From Candidatus Odinarchaeota archaeon (GTDB taxonomy: Archaea > Asgardarchaeota > Lokiarchaeia > Sigyniarchaeales > SOKP01): DNA of 43,880 nucleotides. Positions 1 to 9,593 of the stretch are shown one piece after another. Location: contig JBHLPZ010000004.1 in NCBI GenBank assembly GCA_048885325.1, positions 1 to 43,880 on the forward strand, in the 5' to 3' direction. A program made the position numbers and the translations under genes. The notes below the pieces were generated by a model that searched no databases, had not been told where the DNA came from, and saw nothing but the letters and a program-made list of their open reading frames with translations. Position 1 is the first letter of the stretch; each line of letters begins with the position of its first letter.

Positions 1-2
1 AC

Positions 3-68
3 AAAGACAGTCTTAGGGAAATCACTAAAGAAGATTATGAGGCACATCGAGGGATAATAAAAGAATAA
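3..68 (+). CDS. Probable 3' end of a gene entering from the left edge
   Basis: Open frame KDSLREITKEDYEAHRGIIKE* ending at TAA 66-68, convergent with the next gene; too short to identify. Confidence 0.35.
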   Translation, partial: KDSLREITKEDYEAHRGIIKE

Positions 69-118
69 ATCAATAAAACTATTAATATAGTATTATTGAA
101 TTATATTAAACTTCTATT

Positions 119-958
119 TTATATATTTATAGAAATCTCTCTATCTATTTCAGGTTTAATAACTTCAATATTAGGGTGTTTTTTTCCTACAACTTTTAGA
201 AATACGCTTATATCTTCAGTTCTACTAATTGGTGGATAAAAGTTGTCCCAATGTATAGGAATCACTATTTTTGGTTTGAGGATATCCACCATTTTTATAC
301 CTTTTTTAGCAAGATTTTTTTTACTATTGCCAGCTATAGGAGCAATGAAAATATCGCAATTTTGGTAATTATTTAGAATATCCTCATATTTATGCCACAA
401 ACTACCAAAAGATACTATTTTTTTTTCATTAAAGCATGTACAAAATCCGAATACTTTTCCTTTAGGCATACTTCGTCCTAATTTTGCCATACTTCTAGCT
501 TGTTTTAAAAAATCCCAAGAAAATAATCTAGTTAGTATTGTATTAGCATCAAATTTTATGTGTTCGGATTTTATAAGTTCTACTATGAGATTGTTAGTGA
601 TCTCTATCTTATCATAATAGTCACAAGTCTTAATATTATTTTTTCCTTTTTGCGTTATTGGAAATGAATGATCTTCAATTAGTTCACCTTCTGCCCATCT
701 TATCATGTTATCCTTTGCTGTTTCGGAGCAATATACAGGAATATTTAAATTCTCGGCAAACCATCCTGCATCAGTGATATGATCAAAATGGCCATGTGAA
801 ATAAACACCGCTGCAATATTTTTGATATCGTCTCTCTTAGTATTTAAGGCTGGTGTAGATCGTGGATTACGTTCAAAAAAGGGATCAAACATCAATCGGG
901 TACCATTTATATCTAAAAAATAACTAGCAGTACCTAACCAGGTAAATTTAAGAATCAT
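119..958 (-). CDS. Metallo-beta-lactamase-fold hydrolase (UlaG/UPF0173-like)
   Basis: WLGTAS N-terminus, FDPFF, SHGHFDH (HxHxDH), C-terminal VIPIHWD. Confidence 0.85.
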   Translation of the reverse strand: MILKFTWLGTASYFLDINGTRLMFDPFFERNPRSTPALNTKRDDIKNIAAVFISHGHFDHITDAGWFAENLNIPVYCSETAKDNMIRWAEGELIEDHSFPITQKGKNNIKTCDYYDKIEITNNLIVELIKSEHIKFDANTILTRLFSWDFLKQARSMAKLGRSMPKGKVFGFCTCFNEKKIVSFGSLWHKYEDILNNYQNCDIFIAPIAGNSKKNLAKKGIKMVDILKPKIVIPIHWDNFYPPISRTEDISVFLKVVGKKHPNIEVIKPEIDREISINI

Positions 959-1160
959 ATTTAAAACTCTTCAATAATTTAAACCATTTCTAATATAAAT
1001 AAAATAATAGAATTGTTATAAAACTCTGTTCTATTCAGATATTTTTTATATATTAAGAATGAAGAATTTTACAAATTAGTAATTTTATGTCCATTAGATA
1101 AAAAACTTATCTCCACCGATTAAAATGACTGATTTTGTTTATTCTTGAAATTTATGGAAC

Positions 1161-1994
1161 TTAATCCGCCCAAAAGTTTTTTGAAAGACTTCTTCTTTTT
1201 TCCCAAAATTCATTTTTTTTGGTGAAAGCAATAATCCCTAACCCTTGATCTGCATCTTTTATTTTCCACATACCGCTTACAGCACCAGTAAGACCGGCTG
1301 ATAAAACTTCAAATCCTTGAGCAGTATAAAGATCACATTCAATTCCTCGATTTATTATAAACTTTAATTGTCTTAAGCCCTGTTGATTTTTAGATTTAAG
1401 TACTTCTAGTAATTTATTTACTTCTGTATCAAGTTGGTCATTTGGAGCAACTCGATTCCAGAGATTCCACTCGACAGCACGTTTTGCAGAATGTAAAGCT
1501 CCAATAAAGTTAATTTCTTTTGCTCTACGTCTTCCAATTAAACGCGCAAGCCTAGTAGTGCCCCCCCAGCCCGGAGTAATTCCTACATCTACCTCAGGCA
1601 TTCCCCATCTTGCTCTTTCTGTGGCAATAACAAAATCACATGCCATAGTTATTTCTAAACCACCACCAACAGCATATCCATCTACAGCTGCAATCGTTAT
1701 TTTATCTAATTCTTCGAGTTGATTTGCCATATTTTGATAATACCTAGCTCTTCTAGTTATATCATTCGCATCGCCCCATTTTGCCATTTCAGTAATGTCA
1801 TCTCCTACACAAAAATTGTTTCCAGCTCCTTTAATCACTAGAAATTTTATTTTAATAGATTTACGTATTAATTCTATTACGTTTACTAATTCGTCAGAAA
1901 GTTTCATACTTAGCGCATTCAACACTTTAGGACGGTTTAAAGTAATAAATGCTACATTTTCTTTTTCTTCATAGATTAATTGTTCAAAATTCAT
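1161..1994 (-). CDS. Enoyl-CoA hydratase/isomerase (crotonase family), both catalytic Glu present
   Basis: ITLNRP..LNAL, FCVGDD, AVGGGLE, GMPEVDVGITPGWGG. Confidence 0.9.
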   Translation of the reverse strand: MNFEQLIYEEKENVAFITLNRPKVLNALSMKLSDELVNVIELIRKSIKIKFLVIKGAGNNFCVGDDITEMAKWGDANDITRRARYYQNMANQLEELDKITIAAVDGYAVGGGLEITMACDFVIATERARWGMPEVDVGITPGWGGTTRLARLIGRRRAKEINFIGALHSAKRAVEWNLWNRVAPNDQLDTEVNKLLEVLKSKNQQGLRQLKFIINRGIECDLYTAQGFEVLSAGLTGAVSGMWKIKDADQGLGIIAFTKKNEFWEKRRSLSKNFWAD

Positions 1995-2083
1995 GAAGTA
2001 AAATTGAATTTAGGTAAATATAAACATTTCTTTGTTCAGAATTAGTGTCATTAAAGAAAAAAAAGTGTTTTAAATTAAGTTAA

Positions 2084-2542
2084 TTATTCCTTTTTCCAAT
2101 CATACTTCTTTGGACCAGCAAACAAAAGTAAACAAGCGGGAACTATAATAAGTATACCTCCCCATCCCCAAAAACCAAAAATAGTAATGATGATGCCCCA
2201 AATTAACATCCATGGAATTCTAAGTTTCCCAAGATTTAGTACCCAATCATATAAAGCATCCCAATCTTTTGCACCACATTGATTTGAAAACTTTGGTTTA
2301 ATAATTACAACTGCCAAAATAATTAAAAATACTCCCCAGATTACCCATGCAAGAGGCCAAAACATTGGTACACGAAACATTGGATAGGTTATATTATATC
2401 GTATAATGGCAATTAAACCAGAAACTGGGCGTAAAAGATAATAAACAATTTCCAATATTCCGTTTATAAGTACAACAATCCAAGCCCATTTACCCATACC
2501 AGAGGTAAGCGATTCATGTTTCCAGCCAGTTGATTCTCCCAT
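2084..2542 (-). CDS. Trp-rich integral membrane protein of unknown function (~4 TM)
   Basis: 152-aa ORF with several hydrophobic segments; GAGGT RBS upstream. Confidence 0.75.
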   Translation of the reverse strand: MGESTGWKHESLTSGMGKWAWIVVLINGILEIVYYLLRPVSGLIAIIRYNITYPMFRVPMFWPLAWVIWGVFLIILAVVIIKPKFSNQCGAKDWDALYDWVLNLGKLRIPWMLIWGIIITIFGFWGWGGILIIVPACLLLFAGPKKYDWKKE

Positions 2543-2712
2543 ATCTTCTATTACCTCAATCCATCATTTTTAATTTAAAATTTATTTTAAATAATATTTA
2601 AGTTTTTTTTATTATAAGTTTTCACATATAATTTAAGTGTTAAATTGTTTATGAGATTAAAAAAAAAAATAAGTAAATTGAGTCAAATTATAAGAATTAT
2701 ATAATGATATTT

Positions 2713-4179
2713 CTAATCTGAATTAGGTTCGAGAATTTCTCCTACATAATAAAGCCCTACTAAATTTCCTCTACTTTGAAATTTTCTTGAAACTAGTAAG
2801 ATGATGACATGTTCATTTTCGTCCAAGTTTCCAGTTTCAACTCCATACTTAACAGATTGTTCTATTAAGCTTTCTGCATCTAAATTGAAGAAATCTATAT
2901 TTTCAATATGGATTGGTTGGACTCCCCATACTAAACGTAATTCTCTAGCAGTTTTTCTAAATGGCGTCATTGCGATTATTGGTAATGGTGGGCGGAATTT
3001 CGAAATCATACGTGCGCCATAACCTTGTCGAGTTATTACTAAAATCTTTCCTCGAAAATTTAATTCTTCCATTTCTTTAGCTAATGCATGGATTGCATGT
3101 CCAAGAGTTTGAGTATGTGTTAATCGATCAGAGTCATAATCATCTGGTGATCTTAAAGGAGTATGTTGGCTAGCTGTAGTAGCGATTTTATTCATATATT
3201 CAACAGAATTTATAGGAAATTTACCAACAGCAGTTTCTGCAGAGAGCATTACTGCATCAGTTCCATCTATCACAGCATTATAAATGTCATTAGCCTCAGC
3301 CCGAGTTGGGATAGGTGTATTTATCATTGATTCTAACATTTGGGTAGCTACAATAACAGGCTTTCCTTCTTTGTTACATTTATAAATAAGCTCTTTTTGT
3401 TTAATTGGGACTTGATCTGGAGATATTTCTACTCCTAGGTCTCCTCTAGCTACCATTATTCCATCAGATACTTCTAAAATTTGATCAAAATTATCTAATG
3501 CAACTGGACGTTCGATTTTTGAAATTAATTTTATTTCATTATTACCATAGTTTTCAAGAAGTTTCTTTACTGTGAGTACATCATCTCCTCCAGAAACAAA
3601 AGAAATTGCTACAAATTCAGGATTTAATTGGGAGATAAATTCTAGATCTTTTATATCCTTTTCAGTGGGAACTTTTGTTTCCAATTCACCATGGGGTATA
3701 TTTACTCCTTTATTGTTGCTTATTAAGCCCCCCGCAATTATTTCACCTATGAAGTGATTTTTTTCTTTACTTTTTATTTTGATCTTAATAATTCCATCAT
3801 TAACATAAAAAAAATCTCCTTTCTTCATAGATTTTAGAAATCCGACTAGTGGCACGGAAAATTGAGTTTGGTCTCCACCACCGTCTATTTCACATTCATA
3901 AATTTTTACTTCTTGACCAACATTTAAATTATAAGCCTCATCATTTTTGAATTTCCCAACCCTTATTTTTGGACCCTGAATATCTGCTAAAATTCCCACG
4001 TAATCATCAATTTCCCTAATTCTCCCAACCAATTCTCTTTTTTCGTCATGGGTCCCATGAGAAAAATTTAATCTGAAGATATCTACACCAGCATCTATTA
4101 GATTATTAATCATATTTTTGGAATTTGAAGCTGGACCTAAGGTAGCTATAATTTTAATAGTATTTTCACGGAAAGACAT
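2713..4179 (-). CDS. pyk: Pyruvate kinase
   Basis: KIIATLGPAS, FRLNFSHG, DIQGPKIR, KIE, MVARGDLGVE, ATQMLESM, PTRAE, DAVMLSAETA. Confidence 0.97.
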   Translation of the reverse strand: MSFRENTIKIIATLGPASNSKNMINNLIDAGVDIFRLNFSHGTHDEKRELVGRIREIDDYVGILADIQGPKIRVGKFKNDEAYNLNVGQEVKIYECEIDGGGDQTQFSVPLVGFLKSMKKGDFFYVNDGIIKIKIKSKEKNHFIGEIIAGGLISNNKGVNIPHGELETKVPTEKDIKDLEFISQLNPEFVAISFVSGGDDVLTVKKLLENYGNNEIKLISKIERPVALDNFDQILEVSDGIMVARGDLGVEISPDQVPIKQKELIYKCNKEGKPVIVATQMLESMINTPIPTRAEANDIYNAVIDGTDAVMLSAETAVGKFPINSVEYMNKIATTASQHTPLRSPDDYDSDRLTHTQTLGHAIHALAKEMEELNFRGKILVITRQGYGARMISKFRPPLPIIAMTPFRKTARELRLVWGVQPIHIENIDFFNLDAESLIEQSVKYGVETGNLDENEHVIILLVSRKFQSRGNLVGLYYVGEILEPNSD

Positions 4180-4217
4180 TTAAATCAATTTTATATTATT
4201 TCTTTTTTCTTTAAAAA

Positions 4218-4700
4218 TTATTTATTTTCTATTAGATTTTTTATATTATCTAATTTTTTTTTAAAGTTTATTCTTAAATCTTTCAAGATTTTAACTGAAT
4301 TCAAAAATTCATCCTTATTTCGAATTTCTTTTAATGATAATAAACTTATTCTAAAGTTTTTAGGATAAATTGAGAATTGAATTAGTTTTATATTACCAAT
4401 CTCTTTTACATGCTCTTTTATTATTGATACTAAGAAATCAGAGCTTTGAGATGCTAAAATTATTGCTAAAAAATGTCTAAATTTTGGCTCATTGTTATAA
4501 TTTTTGACTTTAATAAGATAGAAATTTTTAAATTCTTCTTTCATTTCATATAAATTTTTAATTTTTAAAATTCTTGGCGTTCCATCTACAATTTCTGAAA
4601 TAGAGGGATATCTGCCTTTTAATTCCTTTGCTTTTTTAATTATTTCAGTTTTAAGAAATGACACTAAAGATTCACTACTCGGTGATGACACGTCTTTCAA
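4218..4700 (-). CDS. Hypothetical basic protein
   Basis: 160-aa ORF (TTG start), co-oriented between aor and pyk with short gaps; no motif recognised. Confidence 0.65.
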   Translation of the reverse strand: MKDVSSPSSESLVSFLKTEIIKKAKELKGRYPSISEIVDGTPRILKIKNLYEMKEEFKNFYLIKVKNYNNEPKFRHFLAIILASQSSDFLVSIIKEHVKEIGNIKLIQFSIYPKNFRISLLSLKEIRNKDEFLNSVKILKDLRINFKKKLDNIKNLIENK

Positions 4701-4758
4701 GTTAATTTAACTCTATGCGAAGTTTTTTTATAAAGATTAATAATAGAAAAATTAGTAT

Positions 4759-6723
4759 TTAATATAAATCCTTTATAACAAAATTTAAATCAAGATCTTT
4801 TAGGGTTTTTTCTAATGGATACCCATTTTCTGGATTCCATCCCATTTTAGTACAATACCCTTTATAGAAATCTTTATACTCAACTGATATACCTTTAGTA
4901 GGCCCTTTTTGATCAGGAGGGTGACCCGTAATTCTACCGGGTAATTCATTTCTACTGATTTCTACACCCTCTCGTAAGGAAAACGCTTGTCTTAAAGTTT
5001 GAATTCTCTGTCCTATTTCAATAATATCATCCATATTAAGATTCCAACCCGTTAAGGAATTGATAAGATCTATGAATGGATATGGTCCAAATAGAGTTGA
5101 AAAAATACATAATCCTGTACTACATAACGTTTGATGAAAACAGGTTGTTACTTTCTGAGCTTTTTGCTTAATCTTATCATTTTTGCTCCAACCTTTCGGT
5201 AATTTAAATCCTTTTTGAAATTTGTCAATCGGGCCAATATCAATAAAATCTACGCTTGCTGCAGTATGCCTACCAGGAGTTGGGTCAAAGTTATACGTAA
5301 AAGCTAAGGAACGAAACGTTCTTGGATTATGCATGGCAACTTCAGAACCGAGGGATGTCATAGCATATTTTTGGCTATCTTTCCCTATTTTATTTGTTGC
5401 AATATTACAACCATCAGCTAAAAGATCTCCTATTCCTTCTCGATTAATAATTTTTTTTACTAACTCAACTATAGCTTTTGAATTTCCCCATGTTAAGTCT
5501 AAACCATTAGTATCTTCTAAGCTTAAAATATTGTTTTCAAAACATTCAATAGCAAAAGCAACCGTGGCTCCCGTTGAAATAGTGTCAATTGCCGCACGGT
5601 TGCACAAATCATTAATCTCCAATATTGACATTAAGTCATCATTTAATAATAGCGTTCCAAATGAGCAACAGGTCTCATATTCTGGTAGAAGTGTTTCTTC
5701 TAAATTTATTTCTGGAACTTTTAAAATTGCTCCGCACTGAATGGGACAACTAAAACACCCATAATCTCTAATTTTATAATTATGGATGTTAAGTGTAGAA
5801 ATATTTTTTGATTTTTTGAATGGGAAATCATACATACCAATTCCAGACCAATTTTTAACAGGAGAATCACCTGTTTCTGCAGCAAGAGTGTTTCCAATAC
5901 TAGTTCCAAATTTTCGATAAATATGTCTAATCATTCCTGCAGGACCTGAAAACTTTATATTAAATCTCCGTATTAATTTAGCAAAATTAGGAACTTTATT
6001 TAAAACAGACTTAATAAATTTTCCTGGTTCCTTTTCTAATCCCATTTTATTATAATTTTTAACTAAATTCATGAAGCGCTCTTTATCGTAGATATTTAAG
6101 CTTTGATTTCCTTTCAAAACAAGTGCTTTAAGGTTTTTCGATCCCATTATCGCCCCTAAACCTGATCTAGCAGCAATTCTGCCCCTATCGTTTGCAATTC
6201 CAGATATTTTAGATAATTTTTCACCTGCTTGTCCTATTCCTGCTACTTTAGCAGATTTCCCATATCTTTCTTTTAGAAGTTGTTCCGTCCGGATAAAATC
6301 TAACCCCCACAAACCCGAGGCGTCTAATATTTCTTTATTACCATTAATATCTGAGAAATATACTGGATTTTGTGCAATACCTTTTACCAAAATCGCATCA
6401 TAACCACATTTCTTTATCTCAGGTCCGAATGTTCCACCACTATTAGCATCACCCCAGGTTCCAGTTAAAGGAGATTTACCAACAACCATATATCTTCCAG
6501 ACAAAGGAGCAGGTGTGCTTGTAAGTATTCCCGGGAAAAATCCAAGAATTGATTCGGAGCTTAAAGGATCAATTCGAGATTCCATATTACTATATATCAT
6601 TTTACAACCTAAACCATATCCCCCCAAGAACTGTTGATACAATTTATCTGGTAAATTTTCTTCTTCAAATTTACCATTAGATAAATTTATCCATAATATT
6701 TTACCAAAAAATCCGTAAGACAT
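4759..6723 (-). CDS. aor: Tungsten-dependent aldehyde:ferredoxin oxidoreductase family protein
   Basis: GKILWINL, KSPLTG, GQAGE, AARSGLGAIMGSKNLKA, CxxCxxxC (CFSCPIQC), PEYET, DTIS, late Cys in GLCIF. Confidence 0.93.
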   Translation of the reverse strand: MSYGFFGKILWINLSNGKFEEENLPDKLYQQFLGGYGLGCKMIYSNMESRIDPLSSESILGFFPGILTSTPAPLSGRYMVVGKSPLTGTWGDANSGGTFGPEIKKCGYDAILVKGIAQNPVYFSDINGNKEILDASGLWGLDFIRTEQLLKERYGKSAKVAGIGQAGEKLSKISGIANDRGRIAARSGLGAIMGSKNLKALVLKGNQSLNIYDKERFMNLVKNYNKMGLEKEPGKFIKSVLNKVPNFAKLIRRFNIKFSGPAGMIRHIYRKFGTSIGNTLAAETGDSPVKNWSGIGMYDFPFKKSKNISTLNIHNYKIRDYGCFSCPIQCGAILKVPEINLEETLLPEYETCCSFGTLLLNDDLMSILEINDLCNRAAIDTISTGATVAFAIECFENNILSLEDTNGLDLTWGNSKAIVELVKKIINREGIGDLLADGCNIATNKIGKDSQKYAMTSLGSEVAMHNPRTFRSLAFTYNFDPTPGRHTAASVDFIDIGPIDKFQKGFKLPKGWSKNDKIKQKAQKVTTCFHQTLCSTGLCIFSTLFGPYPFIDLINSLTGWNLNMDDIIEIGQRIQTLRQAFSLREGVEISRNELPGRITGHPPDQKGPTKGISVEYKDFYKGYCTKMGWNPENGYPLEKTLKDLDLNFVIKDLY

Positions 6724-6848
6724 AAGTACATTTTACTTTTGAATTTTATTTAGATTTATAATTTAAAATTAAAAAATATTGTTTTAAATATTTCAAAATT
6801 TTAAACCAATATCAATAAAATTAAATTATTTTATATGATGTTGTTTTT

Positions 6849-7946
6849 ATGTTACCAGAAATTTACCATGAAAATGATGGAAATTTATCATTCTTAGATG
6901 GAAAAGTTATAGGAATGATTGGATATGGAAATCAGGGAAGATCACAAGCATTGAACATGAGAGATGCTGGATTAAAAGTAATTGTTGGTAACAGAGAGGA
7001 CGATTATAAGAAAAGAGCAAAAGATGATGGATTTGAAACTTATACAATTGCAAAAACTGTAAAACTTGCAGATTACTTATTTTTTCTAATTCCTGATGAA
7101 ATTATGAAAGATGTCTATAAAAGTGAAATTCTTCCAAATCTTAAAGAAAAGCAAGCAATAATTTTTGCAAGTGGTTATAATATTGCCTTTGACTTGTTAA
7201 AGCCTCCAGAAAACATTGATGTTTTATTAATCGCTCCAAGAATGATAGGGATTGGAGTTAGAGAACGGTTCTTAAACAAAAAGGGATATTTTAGCTTTGT
7301 AGGAGTGCATCAAGATGCTTCAGGTAAGGCAAAAGAAATTTTATTAGCTTTAGCAAAGGCAGTTGGTGCTCTTAGTAAAGCGGGAATTGAGACTAGTTTT
7401 AAACAAGAAACAGTTCTCGATCTTTTTACAGAACAAGCATATGGTCCTGGTTTTGGTCAAATTTTAATGAATTCTATAAATACACTAGTAGGAAAAGGAT
7501 ATCCTCCAGAAGCAGTGTTTGTAGAGTTAGTTTACTCTGGAGAAATGAGTTACACATATGAGAAAATGACGGAAGTTGGTTTGATAAATCAAATGAATTT
7601 CCATTCTCAAACATCCCAGTATGGATCAATAAGTCGTGCGATTAAATTTCGAAAAATATCTAAAGATATAAAAGAACTTCAAAAAGAAGTACTTGAGAAC
7701 ATAGAAAATGGGGAGTTTGCTAAAGAATGGGAGAGTAAATTAAGTAAAATTAAATTTAAGTTATATAAATTCTTTAGGACTAAAATACCATTTGCTAAAT
7801 TAGAAAAGAAGGCTCGAAAGAATCTTGATCTTCCTGAAGTCGATCTCTTCGAGGAAATACCTTACCCTGAAGAAGAAGATATTAAAAAGTTTGAAGAAAT
7901 AGAAAAAGAAATCGAAGGTTTTAAGGAATTTTACCAGGATTTCTAA
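6849..7946 (+). CDS. ilvC: Ketol-acid reductoisomerase family protein (divergent class I KARI)
   Basis: GYGNQGRSQALNMRDAG Rossmann motif, LIPDE, APRM, DLFTEQ, SQTSQYG. Confidence 0.8.
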   Translation: MLPEIYHENDGNLSFLDGKVIGMIGYGNQGRSQALNMRDAGLKVIVGNREDDYKKRAKDDGFETYTIAKTVKLADYLFFLIPDEIMKDVYKSEILPNLKEKQAIIFASGYNIAFDLLKPPENIDVLLIAPRMIGIGVRERFLNKKGYFSFVGVHQDASGKAKEILLALAKAVGALSKAGIETSFKQETVLDLFTEQAYGPGFGQILMNSINTLVGKGYPPEAVFVELVYSGEMSYTYEKMTEVGLINQMNFHSQTSQYGSISRAIKFRKISKDIKELQKEVLENIENGEFAKEWESKLSKIKFKLYKFFRTKIPFAKLEKKARKNLDLPEVDLFEEIPYPEEEDIKKFEEIEKEIEGFKEFYQDF

Positions 7947-8040
7947 TTTTTATAAAAAATCATTATGTAATTCTTTTTCAAGGCTGGTAAGCTAGAAATA
8001 TATTTTTTATTTAACAATTCTTTTAATCAAAAAGTCGAAA

Positions 8041-8217
8041 CTTATAAATATATCGTTTTGTATATAATAATGGTTTAGAGATTTATCAGAGATCTTTATT
8101 TGTTGCCATTAGCTTATTAGGATTTAATGGTTTAAGGGTAATCTTCGGAGAAATTGACCAAAAGAAGTAAAATGATAAACCAGAATCATATTTTCAAAAA
8201 AGCTTTGGAGGTATGAA
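8041..8217 (+). promoter_or_regulatory. TATA-like promoter, ~150-nt potentially structured leader and RBS
   Basis: CTTATAAATA at 8041-8050 after a purine-rich BRE-like run; several inverted repeats including a cUUCGg loop (8143-8148); GGAGGT at 8207-8212. Confidence 0.4.
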
Positions 8218-8433
8218 ATGTCTTTATTCCCAACTACAAAAAAAGAAGAGTTAATGTTAAGTAAATTTATTGATTGGGATAAGTTTGAAAATTGCTTTTA
8301 CAATAATATATATTTAGAAGATTATAAGATTGTAGTTAAAATGCCTTTAATTCCAAGAAAAAATTCCAAAAAAGATATAAAAATTAAGAAATTTGATTTA
8401 ACTAAATATACTTACCTTGTTTCTTATGATTAG
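8218..8433 (+). CDS. Small hypothetical protein (71 aa)
   Basis: Strong GGAGGT RBS 5 nt before the ATG; no family recognised. Confidence 0.65.
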   Translation: MSLFPTTKKEELMLSKFIDWDKFENCFYNNIYLEDYKIVVKMPLIPRKNSKKDIKIKKFDLTKYTYLVSYD

Positions 8434-8479
8434 TATACATTTAGAGCCCAATCTTATTAACAAGAAATTTTGAGTTATA

Positions 8480-8608
8480 TTATTTAATTAGTTTTTTCTC
8501 TCTAAGATATTTATTCCAACATGAGAAGCAGATAAAATCTCCGCCCTCAAATTTTACTAAATCTTTAATAGATCTAATCATTCCACACTTTTGGCATTTC
8601 TTTTTCAT
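8480..8608 (-). CDS. 42-aa zinc-finger micro-protein (not in the ORF track)
   Basis: Manual translation MKKKCQKCGMIRSIKDLVKFEGGDFICFSCWNKYLREKKLIK*; two CxxC motifs. Confidence 0.7.
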   Translation of the reverse strand: MKKKCQKCGMIRSIKDLVKFEGGDFICFSCWNKYLREKKLIK

Positions 8609-9050
8609 AAATAAAATGAATATTATTTTTAAATTAACTCTAAGATATCTAATGTCTAATATTTTATAACTTTTCCGAAATTAAATCTGTATAAATCTTA
8701 AGTTTTATAAAAAAAGCGTAAGGATCCATAGTCCAAGCAAAAATTTTTAAGGTTTAGAAATAATTAAGCATTTCTGCTTAATAGAGGGCGAAATCCAATG
8801 TTTAGCTCGAATTAATGGAATCCTTCCGTTTCTTAATAAGATCTCCGTTCGTAAATAGTTAAAGTTTATTTAAAAAAAATGTTTTTCGTGATGATAGAAC
8901 GGAATATTAGTTCCTTGCGACAAAAATCTAAAAAGAGTTTCAATTTTGGCAAAGAGCAGAATTGTAAAGTAAATGAAAAGGAATAGTATAATGTTTTTTA
9001 GGTGAACCTAGATTCTTTTTAAATATATATTGAACACAGGTTAAAATATT

Positions 9051-9593
9051 TTGAAAAAAGATGAGTGGCTGAATGAAAAAGCTGAAAGTATTTTAAAAGA
9101 AATTGGAATAAAACCAGGAATTAAAGTGTTAGATTTTGGATGTGGTTCAGGTATTTATACTATGGTTATTTCCAATATTGTAGGAAATAGAGGTAAAATC
9201 TATGCTCTTGATTATGATGAAGATAAACTGGAGGAATTAAACTCTAAGATTAAAATAAATAATAGAAAAAATATCGAAATATTTAAAACCTCAAAACAAG
9301 TATCTTTTCCCATTCAAGATAACCATTTGGATGTTATATTAATTTATGACGTATGGCATCTTTTAAGCGATAATGAGCGAAAAGATTTTTTAAAAGAAAG
9401 TAAAAGAACTTTGAAAAAAGGAGGATTTGTGTCTTATTTGGCAACTCATTTGCATGACTCCAATGTAAATTTGGAAGAAATTCATAATTTAATGAAGGAA
9501 AAACAATTAATATTGTTAGAAAAATTTTATAAACCAATGTTTCATTGGAGTTGGATTGAAGAATACCAAATTTTTAATTATTATAAAAAATGA
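9051..9593 (+). CDS. Class I SAM-dependent methyltransferase
   Basis: VLDFGCGSG motif I, IYALD, LDVILIYDVWH, LKKGG. Confidence 0.88.
   Translation: MKKDEWLNEKAESILKEIGIKPGIKVLDFGCGSGIYTMVISNIVGNRGKIYALDYDEDKLEELNSKIKINNRKNIEIFKTSKQVSFPIQDNHLDVILIYDVWHLLSDNERKDFLKESKRTLKKGGFVSYLATHLHDSNVNLEEIHNLMKEKQLILLEKFYKPMFHWSWIEEYQIFNYYKK

Noticed and set aside
2801-5909. ORF-track calls 2801-3022, 3572-3757, 5222-5740 and 5721-5909
   Set aside because: Antisense or out-of-frame shadows inside pyk and aor, with no motifs.
8071-8217. SECIS element or known riboswitch
   Set aside because: I noticed no in-frame TGA selenoprotein nearby and recognised no fluoride, TPP or FMN consensus.
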